Positions 11,934 through 23,520 of a DNA stretch of 64,000 nucleotides are shown piece after piece. The stretch is taken from NCBI GenBank assembly GCA_000004985.1, contig GG738881.1, one strand, 5' to 3'. A model generated the notes under the pieces. That model did no database searches, had not been told where the DNA came from, and worked only from the letters and a program-made list of their open reading frames with translations. Positions within the stretch are counted from its first letter, which is position 1. Each line of letters starts with the position of its first letter. The translations under genes and the position numbers were made by a program. Source of the stretch: Naegleria gruberi (Eukaryota).

Positions 11934-12017
11934 CCAATGTTTTGTTAATACTTTATTTATAAACCGTATTACAGGAAGTGGACTCTTGGCCTTAGTTGAG
12001 AAATTTTTTCTCAATAC

Positions 12018-13136
12018 TCAGACAAGAAAACATGGCTTTGGTATTTCATTAGTCTTTTGAAAATTCTCAATTAAAATAGTTAGTCTGAAAATGGAGCCCT
12101 TATCAGAGTCAGTTGGTGGTTTGGTGAGCAAATGAATTCGAATAAATTCCAAAATTTTAACAAATTTTGACTTGTAGGTTTGGTACATTTTGTAAGCAGC
12201 AATTCCAAGAAATGAATCCAAAATTTCAATAGTGAATAAGTGATGTTGCGAGTTTAGTATGGCAGCAATCCATTCCCAACCCTTATCGATACCATATTGA
12301 TGACCTGGTGGATTGTGCTGAATGATCATGGCATAGACAGTAATGATATCGTTCATTCTGTTCATGAATTGTATTCGATTCTCCAATTTCCCATCCACTT
12401 CCTTGTATCCAATTTTTTTGAAATCAGTAATTTGACTGTTAGATCCAATTTCTGAATTAATTGGCATAGTAAACCCAGAATTGAAATGTATATATCCTAT
12501 TGCACTATCCAATATTGCTGGGAAATTGTTAGTCAATTCACAGGTGACCTGAATATAAGGCAGCACCTTTTTAAGGTCACTTGTTTGACTTGCTGCCTGA
12601 TCCACTGCTGTTTTTGCATAAAAGTACAAGTAGTTAGATAGTGTATTCGAATCTGTGTTTTTCATGATATGATCAAGTTCTGCTACAATTTCACTTTGGT
12701 TAGTTGCTGATATTCTGTTAATTGCCTTATTAATATGTTTCTTTGTAATATCCATTTTAGTTTCTCGATATAATAGTGACCATAGGTTCTTGCTAAACAT
12801 GGCTCTTAATGTTGTATTGAAATGTTTCAAATGGTCTCGGAGTCCAACACTTGGATTAATGTCATCCTCAATATCCAGAATGGTTTCAGTAGCAGTAGGA
12901 ATAGTTTGATAGTCTTTTTCCTCTTTAACGGATTTTCTCTCTTCCTTCACTTCCTCTTTTCCAATATTCTTGATAGTTTCTTCAACAGTATGTGATTTTT
13001 GATTTGAGTTTCGTTTCTTGGCTTGATGATCAACAATGTTCTCCTCAGATTTAATTTCATCCTCTGAGTCATATTCTTCTAAAAGTCCATATCGTCCAGA
13101 ACATTCCATTCCCTTCCGCAAAGAATGATCAATACT
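12018..13136 (-). CDS. Hypothetical protein. The 5' end runs into the 9.3-kb gap; at least 367 aa are visible.
   Basis: The long ORF remains open upstream of the first Met into the gap edge (…SIDHSLRKGMEC…). No recognised domain. Confidence 0.45.
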   Translation of the reverse strand, partial: SIDHSLRKGMECSGRYGLLEEYDSEDEIKSEENIVDHQAKKRNSNQKSHTVEETIKNIGKEEVKEERKSVKEEKDYQTIPTATETILDIEDDINPSVGLRDHLKHFNTTLRAMFSKNLWSLLYRETKMDITKKHINKAINRISATNQSEIVAELDHIMKNTDSNTLSNYLYFYAKTAVDQAASQTSDLKKVLPYIQVTCELTNNFPAILDSAIGYIHFNSGFTMPINSEIGSNSQITDFKKIGYKEVDGKLENRIQFMNRMNDIITVYAMIIQHNPPGHQYGIDKGWEWIAAILNSQHHLFTIEILDSFLGIAAYKMYQTYKSKFVKILEFIRIHLLTKPPTDSDKGSIFRLTILIENFQKTNEIPKPCFLV

Positions 13137-16100
13137 NNNNNNNNNNNNNNNNNNNNNNNNNNNNNNNNNNNNNNNNNNNNNNNNNNNNNNNNNNNNNNNN
13201 NNNNNNNNNNNNNNNNNNNNNNNNNNNNNNNNNNNNNNNNNNNNNNNNNNNNNNNNNNNNNNNNNNNNNNNNNNNNNNNNNNNNNNNNNNNNNNNNNNNN
13301 NNNNNNNNNNNNNNNNNNNNNNNNNNNNNNNNNNNNNNNNNNNNNNNNNNNNNNNNNNNNNNNNNNNNNNNNNNNNNNNNNNNNNNNNNNNNNNNNNNNN
13401 NNNNNNNNNNNNNNNNNNNNNNNNNNNNNNNNNNNNNNNNNNNNNNNNNNNNNNNNNNNNNNNNNNNNNNNNNNNNNNNNNNNNNNNNNNNNNNNNNNNN
13501 NNNNNNNNNNNNNNNNNNNNNNNNNNNNNNNNNNNNNNNNNNNNNNNNNNNNNNNNNNNNNNNNNNNNNNNNNNNNNNNNNNNNNNNNNNNNNNNNNNNN
13601 NNNNNNNNNNNNNNNNNNNNNNNNNNNNNNNNNNNNNNNNNNNNNNNNNNNNNNNNNNNNNNNNNNNNNNNNNNNNNNNNNNNNNNNNNNNNNNNNNNNN
13701 NNNNNNNNNNNNNNNNNNNNNNNNNNNNNNNNNNNNNNNNNNNNNNNNNNNNNNNNNNNNNNNNNNNNNNNNNNNNNNNNNNNNNNNNNNNNNNNNNNNN
13801 NNNNNNNNNNNNNNNNNNNNNNNNNNNNNNNNNNNNNNNNNNNNNNNNNNNNNNNNNNNNNNNNNNNNNNNNNNNNNNNNNNNNNNNNNNNNNNNNNNNN
13901 NNNNNNNNNNNNNNNNNNNNNNNNNNNNNNNNNNNNNNNNNNNNNNNNNNNNNNNNNNNNNNNNNNNNNNNNNNNNNNNNNNNNNNNNNNNNNNNNNNNN
14001 NNNNNNNNNNNNNNNNNNNNNNNNNNNNNNNNNNNNNNNNNNNNNNNNNNNNNNNNNNNNNNNNNNNNNNNNNNNNNNNNNNNNNNNNNNNNNNNNNNNN
14101 NNNNNNNNNNNNNNNNNNNNNNNNNNNNNNNNNNNNNNNNNNNNNNNNNNNNNNNNNNNNNNNNNNNNNNNNNNNNNNNNNNNNNNNNNNNNNNNNNNNN
14201 NNNNNNNNNNNNNNNNNNNNNNNNNNNNNNNNNNNNNNNNNNNNNNNNNNNNNNNNNNNNNNNNNNNNNNNNNNNNNNNNNNNNNNNNNNNNNNNNNNNN
14301 NNNNNNNNNNNNNNNNNNNNNNNNNNNNNNNNNNNNNNNNNNNNNNNNNNNNNNNNNNNNNNNNNNNNNNNNNNNNNNNNNNNNNNNNNNNNNNNNNNNN
14401 NNNNNNNNNNNNNNNNNNNNNNNNNNNNNNNNNNNNNNNNNNNNNNNNNNNNNNNNNNNNNNNNNNNNNNNNNNNNNNNNNNNNNNNNNNNNNNNNNNNN
14501 NNNNNNNNNNNNNNNNNNNNNNNNNNNNNNNNNNNNNNNNNNNNNNNNNNNNNNNNNNNNNNNNNNNNNNNNNNNNNNNNNNNNNNNNNNNNNNNNNNNN
14601 NNNNNNNNNNNNNNNNNNNNNNNNNNNNNNNNNNNNNNNNNNNNNNNNNNNNNNNNNNNNNNNNNNNNNNNNNNNNNNNNNNNNNNNNNNNNNNNNNNNN
14701 NNNNNNNNNNNNNNNNNNNNNNNNNNNNNNNNNNNNNNNNNNNNNNNNNNNNNNNNNNNNNNNNNNNNNNNNNNNNNNNNNNNNNNNNNNNNNNNNNNNN
14801 NNNNNNNNNNNNNNNNNNNNNNNNNNNNNNNNNNNNNNNNNNNNNNNNNNNNNNNNNNNNNNNNNNNNNNNNNNNNNNNNNNNNNNNNNNNNNNNNNNNN
14901 NNNNNNNNNNNNNNNNNNNNNNNNNNNNNNNNNNNNNNNNNNNNNNNNNNNNNNNNNNNNNNNNNNNNNNNNNNNNNNNNNNNNNNNNNNNNNNNNNNNN
15001 NNNNNNNNNNNNNNNNNNNNNNNNNNNNNNNNNNNNNNNNNNNNNNNNNNNNNNNNNNNNNNNNNNNNNNNNNNNNNNNNNNNNNNNNNNNNNNNNNNNN
15101 NNNNNNNNNNNNNNNNNNNNNNNNNNNNNNNNNNNNNNNNNNNNNNNNNNNNNNNNNNNNNNNNNNNNNNNNNNNNNNNNNNNNNNNNNNNNNNNNNNNN
15201 NNNNNNNNNNNNNNNNNNNNNNNNNNNNNNNNNNNNNNNNNNNNNNNNNNNNNNNNNNNNNNNNNNNNNNNNNNNNNNNNNNNNNNNNNNNNNNNNNNNN
15301 NNNNNNNNNNNNNNNNNNNNNNNNNNNNNNNNNNNNNNNNNNNNNNNNNNNNNNNNNNNNNNNNNNNNNNNNNNNNNNNNNNNNNNNNNNNNNNNNNNNN
15401 NNNNNNNNNNNNNNNNNNNNNNNNNNNNNNNNNNNNNNNNNNNNNNNNNNNNNNNNNNNNNNNNNNNNNNNNNNNNNNNNNNNNNNNNNNNNNNNNNNNN
15501 NNNNNNNNNNNNNNNNNNNNNNNNNNNNNNNNNNNNNNNNNNNNNNNNNNNNNNNNNNNNNNNNNNNNNNNNNNNNNNNNNNNNNNNNNNNNNNNNNNNN
15601 NNNNNNNNNNNNNNNNNNNNNNNNNNNNNNNNNNNNNNNNNNNNNNNNNNNNNNNNNNNNNNNNNNNNNNNNNNNNNNNNNNNNNNNNNNNNNNNNNNNN
15701 NNNNNNNNNNNNNNNNNNNNNNNNNNNNNNNNNNNNNNNNNNNNNNNNNNNNNNNNNNNNNNNNNNNNNNNNNNNNNNNNNNNNNNNNNNNNNNNNNNNN
15801 NNNNNNNNNNNNNNNNNNNNNNNNNNNNNNNNNNNNNNNNNNNNNNNNNNNNNNNNNNNNNNNNNNNNNNNNNNNNNNNNNNNNNNNNNNNNNNNNNNNN
15901 NNNNNNNNNNNNNNNNNNNNNNNNNNNNNNNNNNNNNNNNNNNNNNNNNNNNNNNNNNNNNNNNNNNNNNNNNNNNNNNNNNNNNNNNNNNNNNNNNNNN
16001 NNNNNNNNNNNNNNNNNNNNNNNNNNNNNNNNNNNNNNNNNNNNNNNNNNNNNNNNNNNNNNNNNNNNNNNNNNNNNNNNNNNNNNNNNNNNNNNNNNNN

Positions 16101-19100
16101 NNNNNNNNNNNNNNNNNNNNNNNNNNNNNNNNNNNNNNNNNNNNNNNNNNNNNNNNNNNNNNNNNNNNNNNNNNNNNNNNNNNNNNNNNNNNNNNNNNNN
16201 NNNNNNNNNNNNNNNNNNNNNNNNNNNNNNNNNNNNNNNNNNNNNNNNNNNNNNNNNNNNNNNNNNNNNNNNNNNNNNNNNNNNNNNNNNNNNNNNNNNN
16301 NNNNNNNNNNNNNNNNNNNNNNNNNNNNNNNNNNNNNNNNNNNNNNNNNNNNNNNNNNNNNNNNNNNNNNNNNNNNNNNNNNNNNNNNNNNNNNNNNNNN
16401 NNNNNNNNNNNNNNNNNNNNNNNNNNNNNNNNNNNNNNNNNNNNNNNNNNNNNNNNNNNNNNNNNNNNNNNNNNNNNNNNNNNNNNNNNNNNNNNNNNNN
16501 NNNNNNNNNNNNNNNNNNNNNNNNNNNNNNNNNNNNNNNNNNNNNNNNNNNNNNNNNNNNNNNNNNNNNNNNNNNNNNNNNNNNNNNNNNNNNNNNNNNN
16601 NNNNNNNNNNNNNNNNNNNNNNNNNNNNNNNNNNNNNNNNNNNNNNNNNNNNNNNNNNNNNNNNNNNNNNNNNNNNNNNNNNNNNNNNNNNNNNNNNNNN
16701 NNNNNNNNNNNNNNNNNNNNNNNNNNNNNNNNNNNNNNNNNNNNNNNNNNNNNNNNNNNNNNNNNNNNNNNNNNNNNNNNNNNNNNNNNNNNNNNNNNNN
16801 NNNNNNNNNNNNNNNNNNNNNNNNNNNNNNNNNNNNNNNNNNNNNNNNNNNNNNNNNNNNNNNNNNNNNNNNNNNNNNNNNNNNNNNNNNNNNNNNNNNN
16901 NNNNNNNNNNNNNNNNNNNNNNNNNNNNNNNNNNNNNNNNNNNNNNNNNNNNNNNNNNNNNNNNNNNNNNNNNNNNNNNNNNNNNNNNNNNNNNNNNNNN
17001 NNNNNNNNNNNNNNNNNNNNNNNNNNNNNNNNNNNNNNNNNNNNNNNNNNNNNNNNNNNNNNNNNNNNNNNNNNNNNNNNNNNNNNNNNNNNNNNNNNNN
17101 NNNNNNNNNNNNNNNNNNNNNNNNNNNNNNNNNNNNNNNNNNNNNNNNNNNNNNNNNNNNNNNNNNNNNNNNNNNNNNNNNNNNNNNNNNNNNNNNNNNN
17201 NNNNNNNNNNNNNNNNNNNNNNNNNNNNNNNNNNNNNNNNNNNNNNNNNNNNNNNNNNNNNNNNNNNNNNNNNNNNNNNNNNNNNNNNNNNNNNNNNNNN
17301 NNNNNNNNNNNNNNNNNNNNNNNNNNNNNNNNNNNNNNNNNNNNNNNNNNNNNNNNNNNNNNNNNNNNNNNNNNNNNNNNNNNNNNNNNNNNNNNNNNNN
17401 NNNNNNNNNNNNNNNNNNNNNNNNNNNNNNNNNNNNNNNNNNNNNNNNNNNNNNNNNNNNNNNNNNNNNNNNNNNNNNNNNNNNNNNNNNNNNNNNNNNN
17501 NNNNNNNNNNNNNNNNNNNNNNNNNNNNNNNNNNNNNNNNNNNNNNNNNNNNNNNNNNNNNNNNNNNNNNNNNNNNNNNNNNNNNNNNNNNNNNNNNNNN
17601 NNNNNNNNNNNNNNNNNNNNNNNNNNNNNNNNNNNNNNNNNNNNNNNNNNNNNNNNNNNNNNNNNNNNNNNNNNNNNNNNNNNNNNNNNNNNNNNNNNNN
17701 NNNNNNNNNNNNNNNNNNNNNNNNNNNNNNNNNNNNNNNNNNNNNNNNNNNNNNNNNNNNNNNNNNNNNNNNNNNNNNNNNNNNNNNNNNNNNNNNNNNN
17801 NNNNNNNNNNNNNNNNNNNNNNNNNNNNNNNNNNNNNNNNNNNNNNNNNNNNNNNNNNNNNNNNNNNNNNNNNNNNNNNNNNNNNNNNNNNNNNNNNNNN
17901 NNNNNNNNNNNNNNNNNNNNNNNNNNNNNNNNNNNNNNNNNNNNNNNNNNNNNNNNNNNNNNNNNNNNNNNNNNNNNNNNNNNNNNNNNNNNNNNNNNNN
18001 NNNNNNNNNNNNNNNNNNNNNNNNNNNNNNNNNNNNNNNNNNNNNNNNNNNNNNNNNNNNNNNNNNNNNNNNNNNNNNNNNNNNNNNNNNNNNNNNNNNN
18101 NNNNNNNNNNNNNNNNNNNNNNNNNNNNNNNNNNNNNNNNNNNNNNNNNNNNNNNNNNNNNNNNNNNNNNNNNNNNNNNNNNNNNNNNNNNNNNNNNNNN
18201 NNNNNNNNNNNNNNNNNNNNNNNNNNNNNNNNNNNNNNNNNNNNNNNNNNNNNNNNNNNNNNNNNNNNNNNNNNNNNNNNNNNNNNNNNNNNNNNNNNNN
18301 NNNNNNNNNNNNNNNNNNNNNNNNNNNNNNNNNNNNNNNNNNNNNNNNNNNNNNNNNNNNNNNNNNNNNNNNNNNNNNNNNNNNNNNNNNNNNNNNNNNN
18401 NNNNNNNNNNNNNNNNNNNNNNNNNNNNNNNNNNNNNNNNNNNNNNNNNNNNNNNNNNNNNNNNNNNNNNNNNNNNNNNNNNNNNNNNNNNNNNNNNNNN
18501 NNNNNNNNNNNNNNNNNNNNNNNNNNNNNNNNNNNNNNNNNNNNNNNNNNNNNNNNNNNNNNNNNNNNNNNNNNNNNNNNNNNNNNNNNNNNNNNNNNNN
18601 NNNNNNNNNNNNNNNNNNNNNNNNNNNNNNNNNNNNNNNNNNNNNNNNNNNNNNNNNNNNNNNNNNNNNNNNNNNNNNNNNNNNNNNNNNNNNNNNNNNN
18701 NNNNNNNNNNNNNNNNNNNNNNNNNNNNNNNNNNNNNNNNNNNNNNNNNNNNNNNNNNNNNNNNNNNNNNNNNNNNNNNNNNNNNNNNNNNNNNNNNNNN
18801 NNNNNNNNNNNNNNNNNNNNNNNNNNNNNNNNNNNNNNNNNNNNNNNNNNNNNNNNNNNNNNNNNNNNNNNNNNNNNNNNNNNNNNNNNNNNNNNNNNNN
18901 NNNNNNNNNNNNNNNNNNNNNNNNNNNNNNNNNNNNNNNNNNNNNNNNNNNNNNNNNNNNNNNNNNNNNNNNNNNNNNNNNNNNNNNNNNNNNNNNNNNN
19001 NNNNNNNNNNNNNNNNNNNNNNNNNNNNNNNNNNNNNNNNNNNNNNNNNNNNNNNNNNNNNNNNNNNNNNNNNNNNNNNNNNNNNNNNNNNNNNNNNNNN

Positions 19101-22100
19101 NNNNNNNNNNNNNNNNNNNNNNNNNNNNNNNNNNNNNNNNNNNNNNNNNNNNNNNNNNNNNNNNNNNNNNNNNNNNNNNNNNNNNNNNNNNNNNNNNNNN
19201 NNNNNNNNNNNNNNNNNNNNNNNNNNNNNNNNNNNNNNNNNNNNNNNNNNNNNNNNNNNNNNNNNNNNNNNNNNNNNNNNNNNNNNNNNNNNNNNNNNNN
19301 NNNNNNNNNNNNNNNNNNNNNNNNNNNNNNNNNNNNNNNNNNNNNNNNNNNNNNNNNNNNNNNNNNNNNNNNNNNNNNNNNNNNNNNNNNNNNNNNNNNN
19401 NNNNNNNNNNNNNNNNNNNNNNNNNNNNNNNNNNNNNNNNNNNNNNNNNNNNNNNNNNNNNNNNNNNNNNNNNNNNNNNNNNNNNNNNNNNNNNNNNNNN
19501 NNNNNNNNNNNNNNNNNNNNNNNNNNNNNNNNNNNNNNNNNNNNNNNNNNNNNNNNNNNNNNNNNNNNNNNNNNNNNNNNNNNNNNNNNNNNNNNNNNNN
19601 NNNNNNNNNNNNNNNNNNNNNNNNNNNNNNNNNNNNNNNNNNNNNNNNNNNNNNNNNNNNNNNNNNNNNNNNNNNNNNNNNNNNNNNNNNNNNNNNNNNN
19701 NNNNNNNNNNNNNNNNNNNNNNNNNNNNNNNNNNNNNNNNNNNNNNNNNNNNNNNNNNNNNNNNNNNNNNNNNNNNNNNNNNNNNNNNNNNNNNNNNNNN
19801 NNNNNNNNNNNNNNNNNNNNNNNNNNNNNNNNNNNNNNNNNNNNNNNNNNNNNNNNNNNNNNNNNNNNNNNNNNNNNNNNNNNNNNNNNNNNNNNNNNNN
19901 NNNNNNNNNNNNNNNNNNNNNNNNNNNNNNNNNNNNNNNNNNNNNNNNNNNNNNNNNNNNNNNNNNNNNNNNNNNNNNNNNNNNNNNNNNNNNNNNNNNN
20001 NNNNNNNNNNNNNNNNNNNNNNNNNNNNNNNNNNNNNNNNNNNNNNNNNNNNNNNNNNNNNNNNNNNNNNNNNNNNNNNNNNNNNNNNNNNNNNNNNNNN
20101 NNNNNNNNNNNNNNNNNNNNNNNNNNNNNNNNNNNNNNNNNNNNNNNNNNNNNNNNNNNNNNNNNNNNNNNNNNNNNNNNNNNNNNNNNNNNNNNNNNNN
20201 NNNNNNNNNNNNNNNNNNNNNNNNNNNNNNNNNNNNNNNNNNNNNNNNNNNNNNNNNNNNNNNNNNNNNNNNNNNNNNNNNNNNNNNNNNNNNNNNNNNN
20301 NNNNNNNNNNNNNNNNNNNNNNNNNNNNNNNNNNNNNNNNNNNNNNNNNNNNNNNNNNNNNNNNNNNNNNNNNNNNNNNNNNNNNNNNNNNNNNNNNNNN
20401 NNNNNNNNNNNNNNNNNNNNNNNNNNNNNNNNNNNNNNNNNNNNNNNNNNNNNNNNNNNNNNNNNNNNNNNNNNNNNNNNNNNNNNNNNNNNNNNNNNNN
20501 NNNNNNNNNNNNNNNNNNNNNNNNNNNNNNNNNNNNNNNNNNNNNNNNNNNNNNNNNNNNNNNNNNNNNNNNNNNNNNNNNNNNNNNNNNNNNNNNNNNN
20601 NNNNNNNNNNNNNNNNNNNNNNNNNNNNNNNNNNNNNNNNNNNNNNNNNNNNNNNNNNNNNNNNNNNNNNNNNNNNNNNNNNNNNNNNNNNNNNNNNNNN
20701 NNNNNNNNNNNNNNNNNNNNNNNNNNNNNNNNNNNNNNNNNNNNNNNNNNNNNNNNNNNNNNNNNNNNNNNNNNNNNNNNNNNNNNNNNNNNNNNNNNNN
20801 NNNNNNNNNNNNNNNNNNNNNNNNNNNNNNNNNNNNNNNNNNNNNNNNNNNNNNNNNNNNNNNNNNNNNNNNNNNNNNNNNNNNNNNNNNNNNNNNNNNN
20901 NNNNNNNNNNNNNNNNNNNNNNNNNNNNNNNNNNNNNNNNNNNNNNNNNNNNNNNNNNNNNNNNNNNNNNNNNNNNNNNNNNNNNNNNNNNNNNNNNNNN
21001 NNNNNNNNNNNNNNNNNNNNNNNNNNNNNNNNNNNNNNNNNNNNNNNNNNNNNNNNNNNNNNNNNNNNNNNNNNNNNNNNNNNNNNNNNNNNNNNNNNNN
21101 NNNNNNNNNNNNNNNNNNNNNNNNNNNNNNNNNNNNNNNNNNNNNNNNNNNNNNNNNNNNNNNNNNNNNNNNNNNNNNNNNNNNNNNNNNNNNNNNNNNN
21201 NNNNNNNNNNNNNNNNNNNNNNNNNNNNNNNNNNNNNNNNNNNNNNNNNNNNNNNNNNNNNNNNNNNNNNNNNNNNNNNNNNNNNNNNNNNNNNNNNNNN
21301 NNNNNNNNNNNNNNNNNNNNNNNNNNNNNNNNNNNNNNNNNNNNNNNNNNNNNNNNNNNNNNNNNNNNNNNNNNNNNNNNNNNNNNNNNNNNNNNNNNNN
21401 NNNNNNNNNNNNNNNNNNNNNNNNNNNNNNNNNNNNNNNNNNNNNNNNNNNNNNNNNNNNNNNNNNNNNNNNNNNNNNNNNNNNNNNNNNNNNNNNNNNN
21501 NNNNNNNNNNNNNNNNNNNNNNNNNNNNNNNNNNNNNNNNNNNNNNNNNNNNNNNNNNNNNNNNNNNNNNNNNNNNNNNNNNNNNNNNNNNNNNNNNNNN
21601 NNNNNNNNNNNNNNNNNNNNNNNNNNNNNNNNNNNNNNNNNNNNNNNNNNNNNNNNNNNNNNNNNNNNNNNNNNNNNNNNNNNNNNNNNNNNNNNNNNNN
21701 NNNNNNNNNNNNNNNNNNNNNNNNNNNNNNNNNNNNNNNNNNNNNNNNNNNNNNNNNNNNNNNNNNNNNNNNNNNNNNNNNNNNNNNNNNNNNNNNNNNN
21801 NNNNNNNNNNNNNNNNNNNNNNNNNNNNNNNNNNNNNNNNNNNNNNNNNNNNNNNNNNNNNNNNNNNNNNNNNNNNNNNNNNNNNNNNNNNNNNNNNNNN
21901 NNNNNNNNNNNNNNNNNNNNNNNNNNNNNNNNNNNNNNNNNNNNNNNNNNNNNNNNNNNNNNNNNNNNNNNNNNNNNNNNNNNNNNNNNNNNNNNNNNNN
22001 NNNNNNNNNNNNNNNNNNNNNNNNNNNNNNNNNNNNNNNNNNNNNNNNNNNNNNNNNNNNNNNNNNNNNNNNNNNNNNNNNNNNNNNNNNNNNNNNNNNN

Positions 22101-22455
22101 NNNNNNNNNNNNNNNNNNNNNNNNNNNNNNNNNNNNNNNNNNNNNNNNNNNNNNNNNNNNNNNNNNNNNNNNNNNNNNNNNNNNNNNNNNNNNNNNNNNN
22201 NNNNNNNNNNNNNNNNNNNNNNNNNNNNNNNNNNNNNNNNNNNNNNNNNNNNNNNNNNNNNNNNNNNNNNNNNNNNNNNNNNNNNNNNNNNNNNNNNNNN
22301 NNNNNNNNNNNNNNNNNNNNNNNNNNNNNNNNNNNNNNNNNNNNNNNNNNNNNNNNNNNNNNNNNNNNNNNNNNNNNNNNNNNNNNNNNNNNNNNNNNNN
22401 NNNNNNNNNNNNNNNNNNNNNNNNNNNNNNNNNNNNNNNNNNNNNNNNNNNNNNN
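13137..22455. other. Assembly gap (9319 N).
   Basis: Run of N. It is flanked on the right by a tandem-repeat coding region, which is the likely cause of the assembly break. Confidence 1.
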
Positions 22456-23520
22456 GTTTGTCAAGGTAATTTCAAAGGAGTTGACTGTTCTCAATGTAAA
22501 TCAGGATGGAAAGGAGCTAATTGTGATGAACCAATTTGTGATTCAAAATGTAGAAAATGCTATTCACCAAACCAGTGCGCGCTATGTGACGGAAACTATT
22601 CTGGTGATAGGTGTGATAGTTGTACATCTGGATGGACTGGATCTGATTGTAATACTCCTGTTTGTGATTCAAAATGCACAACATGTGATTCACCAAATCA
22701 ATGTTCAGTTTGTAAAGGAAACTTTGAAGGATCTGACTGCTCCACATGCAAATCTGGATGGTCTGAATCTGATTGTAACACACCAGTTTGTGATTTGAAA
22801 TGCAAACAATGTGATTCTCCAAATCAATGCTCATCCTGTAATGGAAACTTTGCTGGATCAGACTGTTCAAGCTGTAAGTCTGGATGGACTGGATCTCTCT
22901 GTGATATTCCAATTTGTGATTCCAAATGTACTAATTGTTCTGCCCCATCCAAATGCTCAAAATGTCAAGGAAACTTCCAAGGTTTCGAATGTGATTCTTG
23001 TACAGATGGATGGAAAGGAACTGACTGTGACCAACCAATTTGTGATTCCAAATGTTCAGTTTGTGATTCTCCAAATCAGTGTAGAGTATGTAATGGTAAT
23101 TTTGAGGGATCTGACTGTTCCATTTGTACTACTGGCTGGAAAGGAGCTAATTGTGTAGTACCTATTTGTGACAGTAAGTGCACAACTTGTGATTCTCCAA
23201 ATCAATGTTCTGTTTGTCAAGGTAACTACAAAGGTGCTCAATGTGACAATTGTCAAGATGGTTGGACTGGCACTGATTGCAATAAGCCAATTTGTGACAG
23301 TAAGTGTACTACTTGTGATTCACCTGCTAAATGCTCAAAATGTCAAGGAAACTTCCAGGGATCTGATTGCTCCTCATGCAAATCAGGATGGAAGGGAGCT
23401 AATTGTGATGAACCAATTTGTGATTCAAAATGTTCTGAGTGCTCTGCTCCAAATCAATGTTCGACCTGTAGTGATAATTATGATGGTAACGACTGCTCTG
23501 GTTGTAAATCAGGATATAGT
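22456..23520 (+). repeat. Coding tandem repeat: about 8.5 copies of a 126-bp (42-codon) unit.
   Basis: Successive units begin at 22519, 22639/22645, 22765/22771, 22891, 23017, 23143, 23269 and 23395. Each unit encodes PICDSKC-x2-C-x-SPNQC-x2-C-x-GNF-x-GSDCS-x-CKSGW-x-G-x2-C. Confidence 0.85.

Noticed and set aside
13125-22494. Giant ~3100-aa 'ORFs' on both strands (and similar ones at 10381-11464 and 3938-4190).
   Set aside because: They consist almost entirely of X from translating assembly-gap N; only the flanking few codons are real sequence.
22456-23520. A regular ~126-bp periodic array that could superficially resemble a CRISPR- or satellite-like repeat.
   Set aside because: It is an open reading frame encoding Cys-rich protein modules. 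The window is eukaryotic with spliceosomal introns, and no cas-like genes or spacer structure are present.
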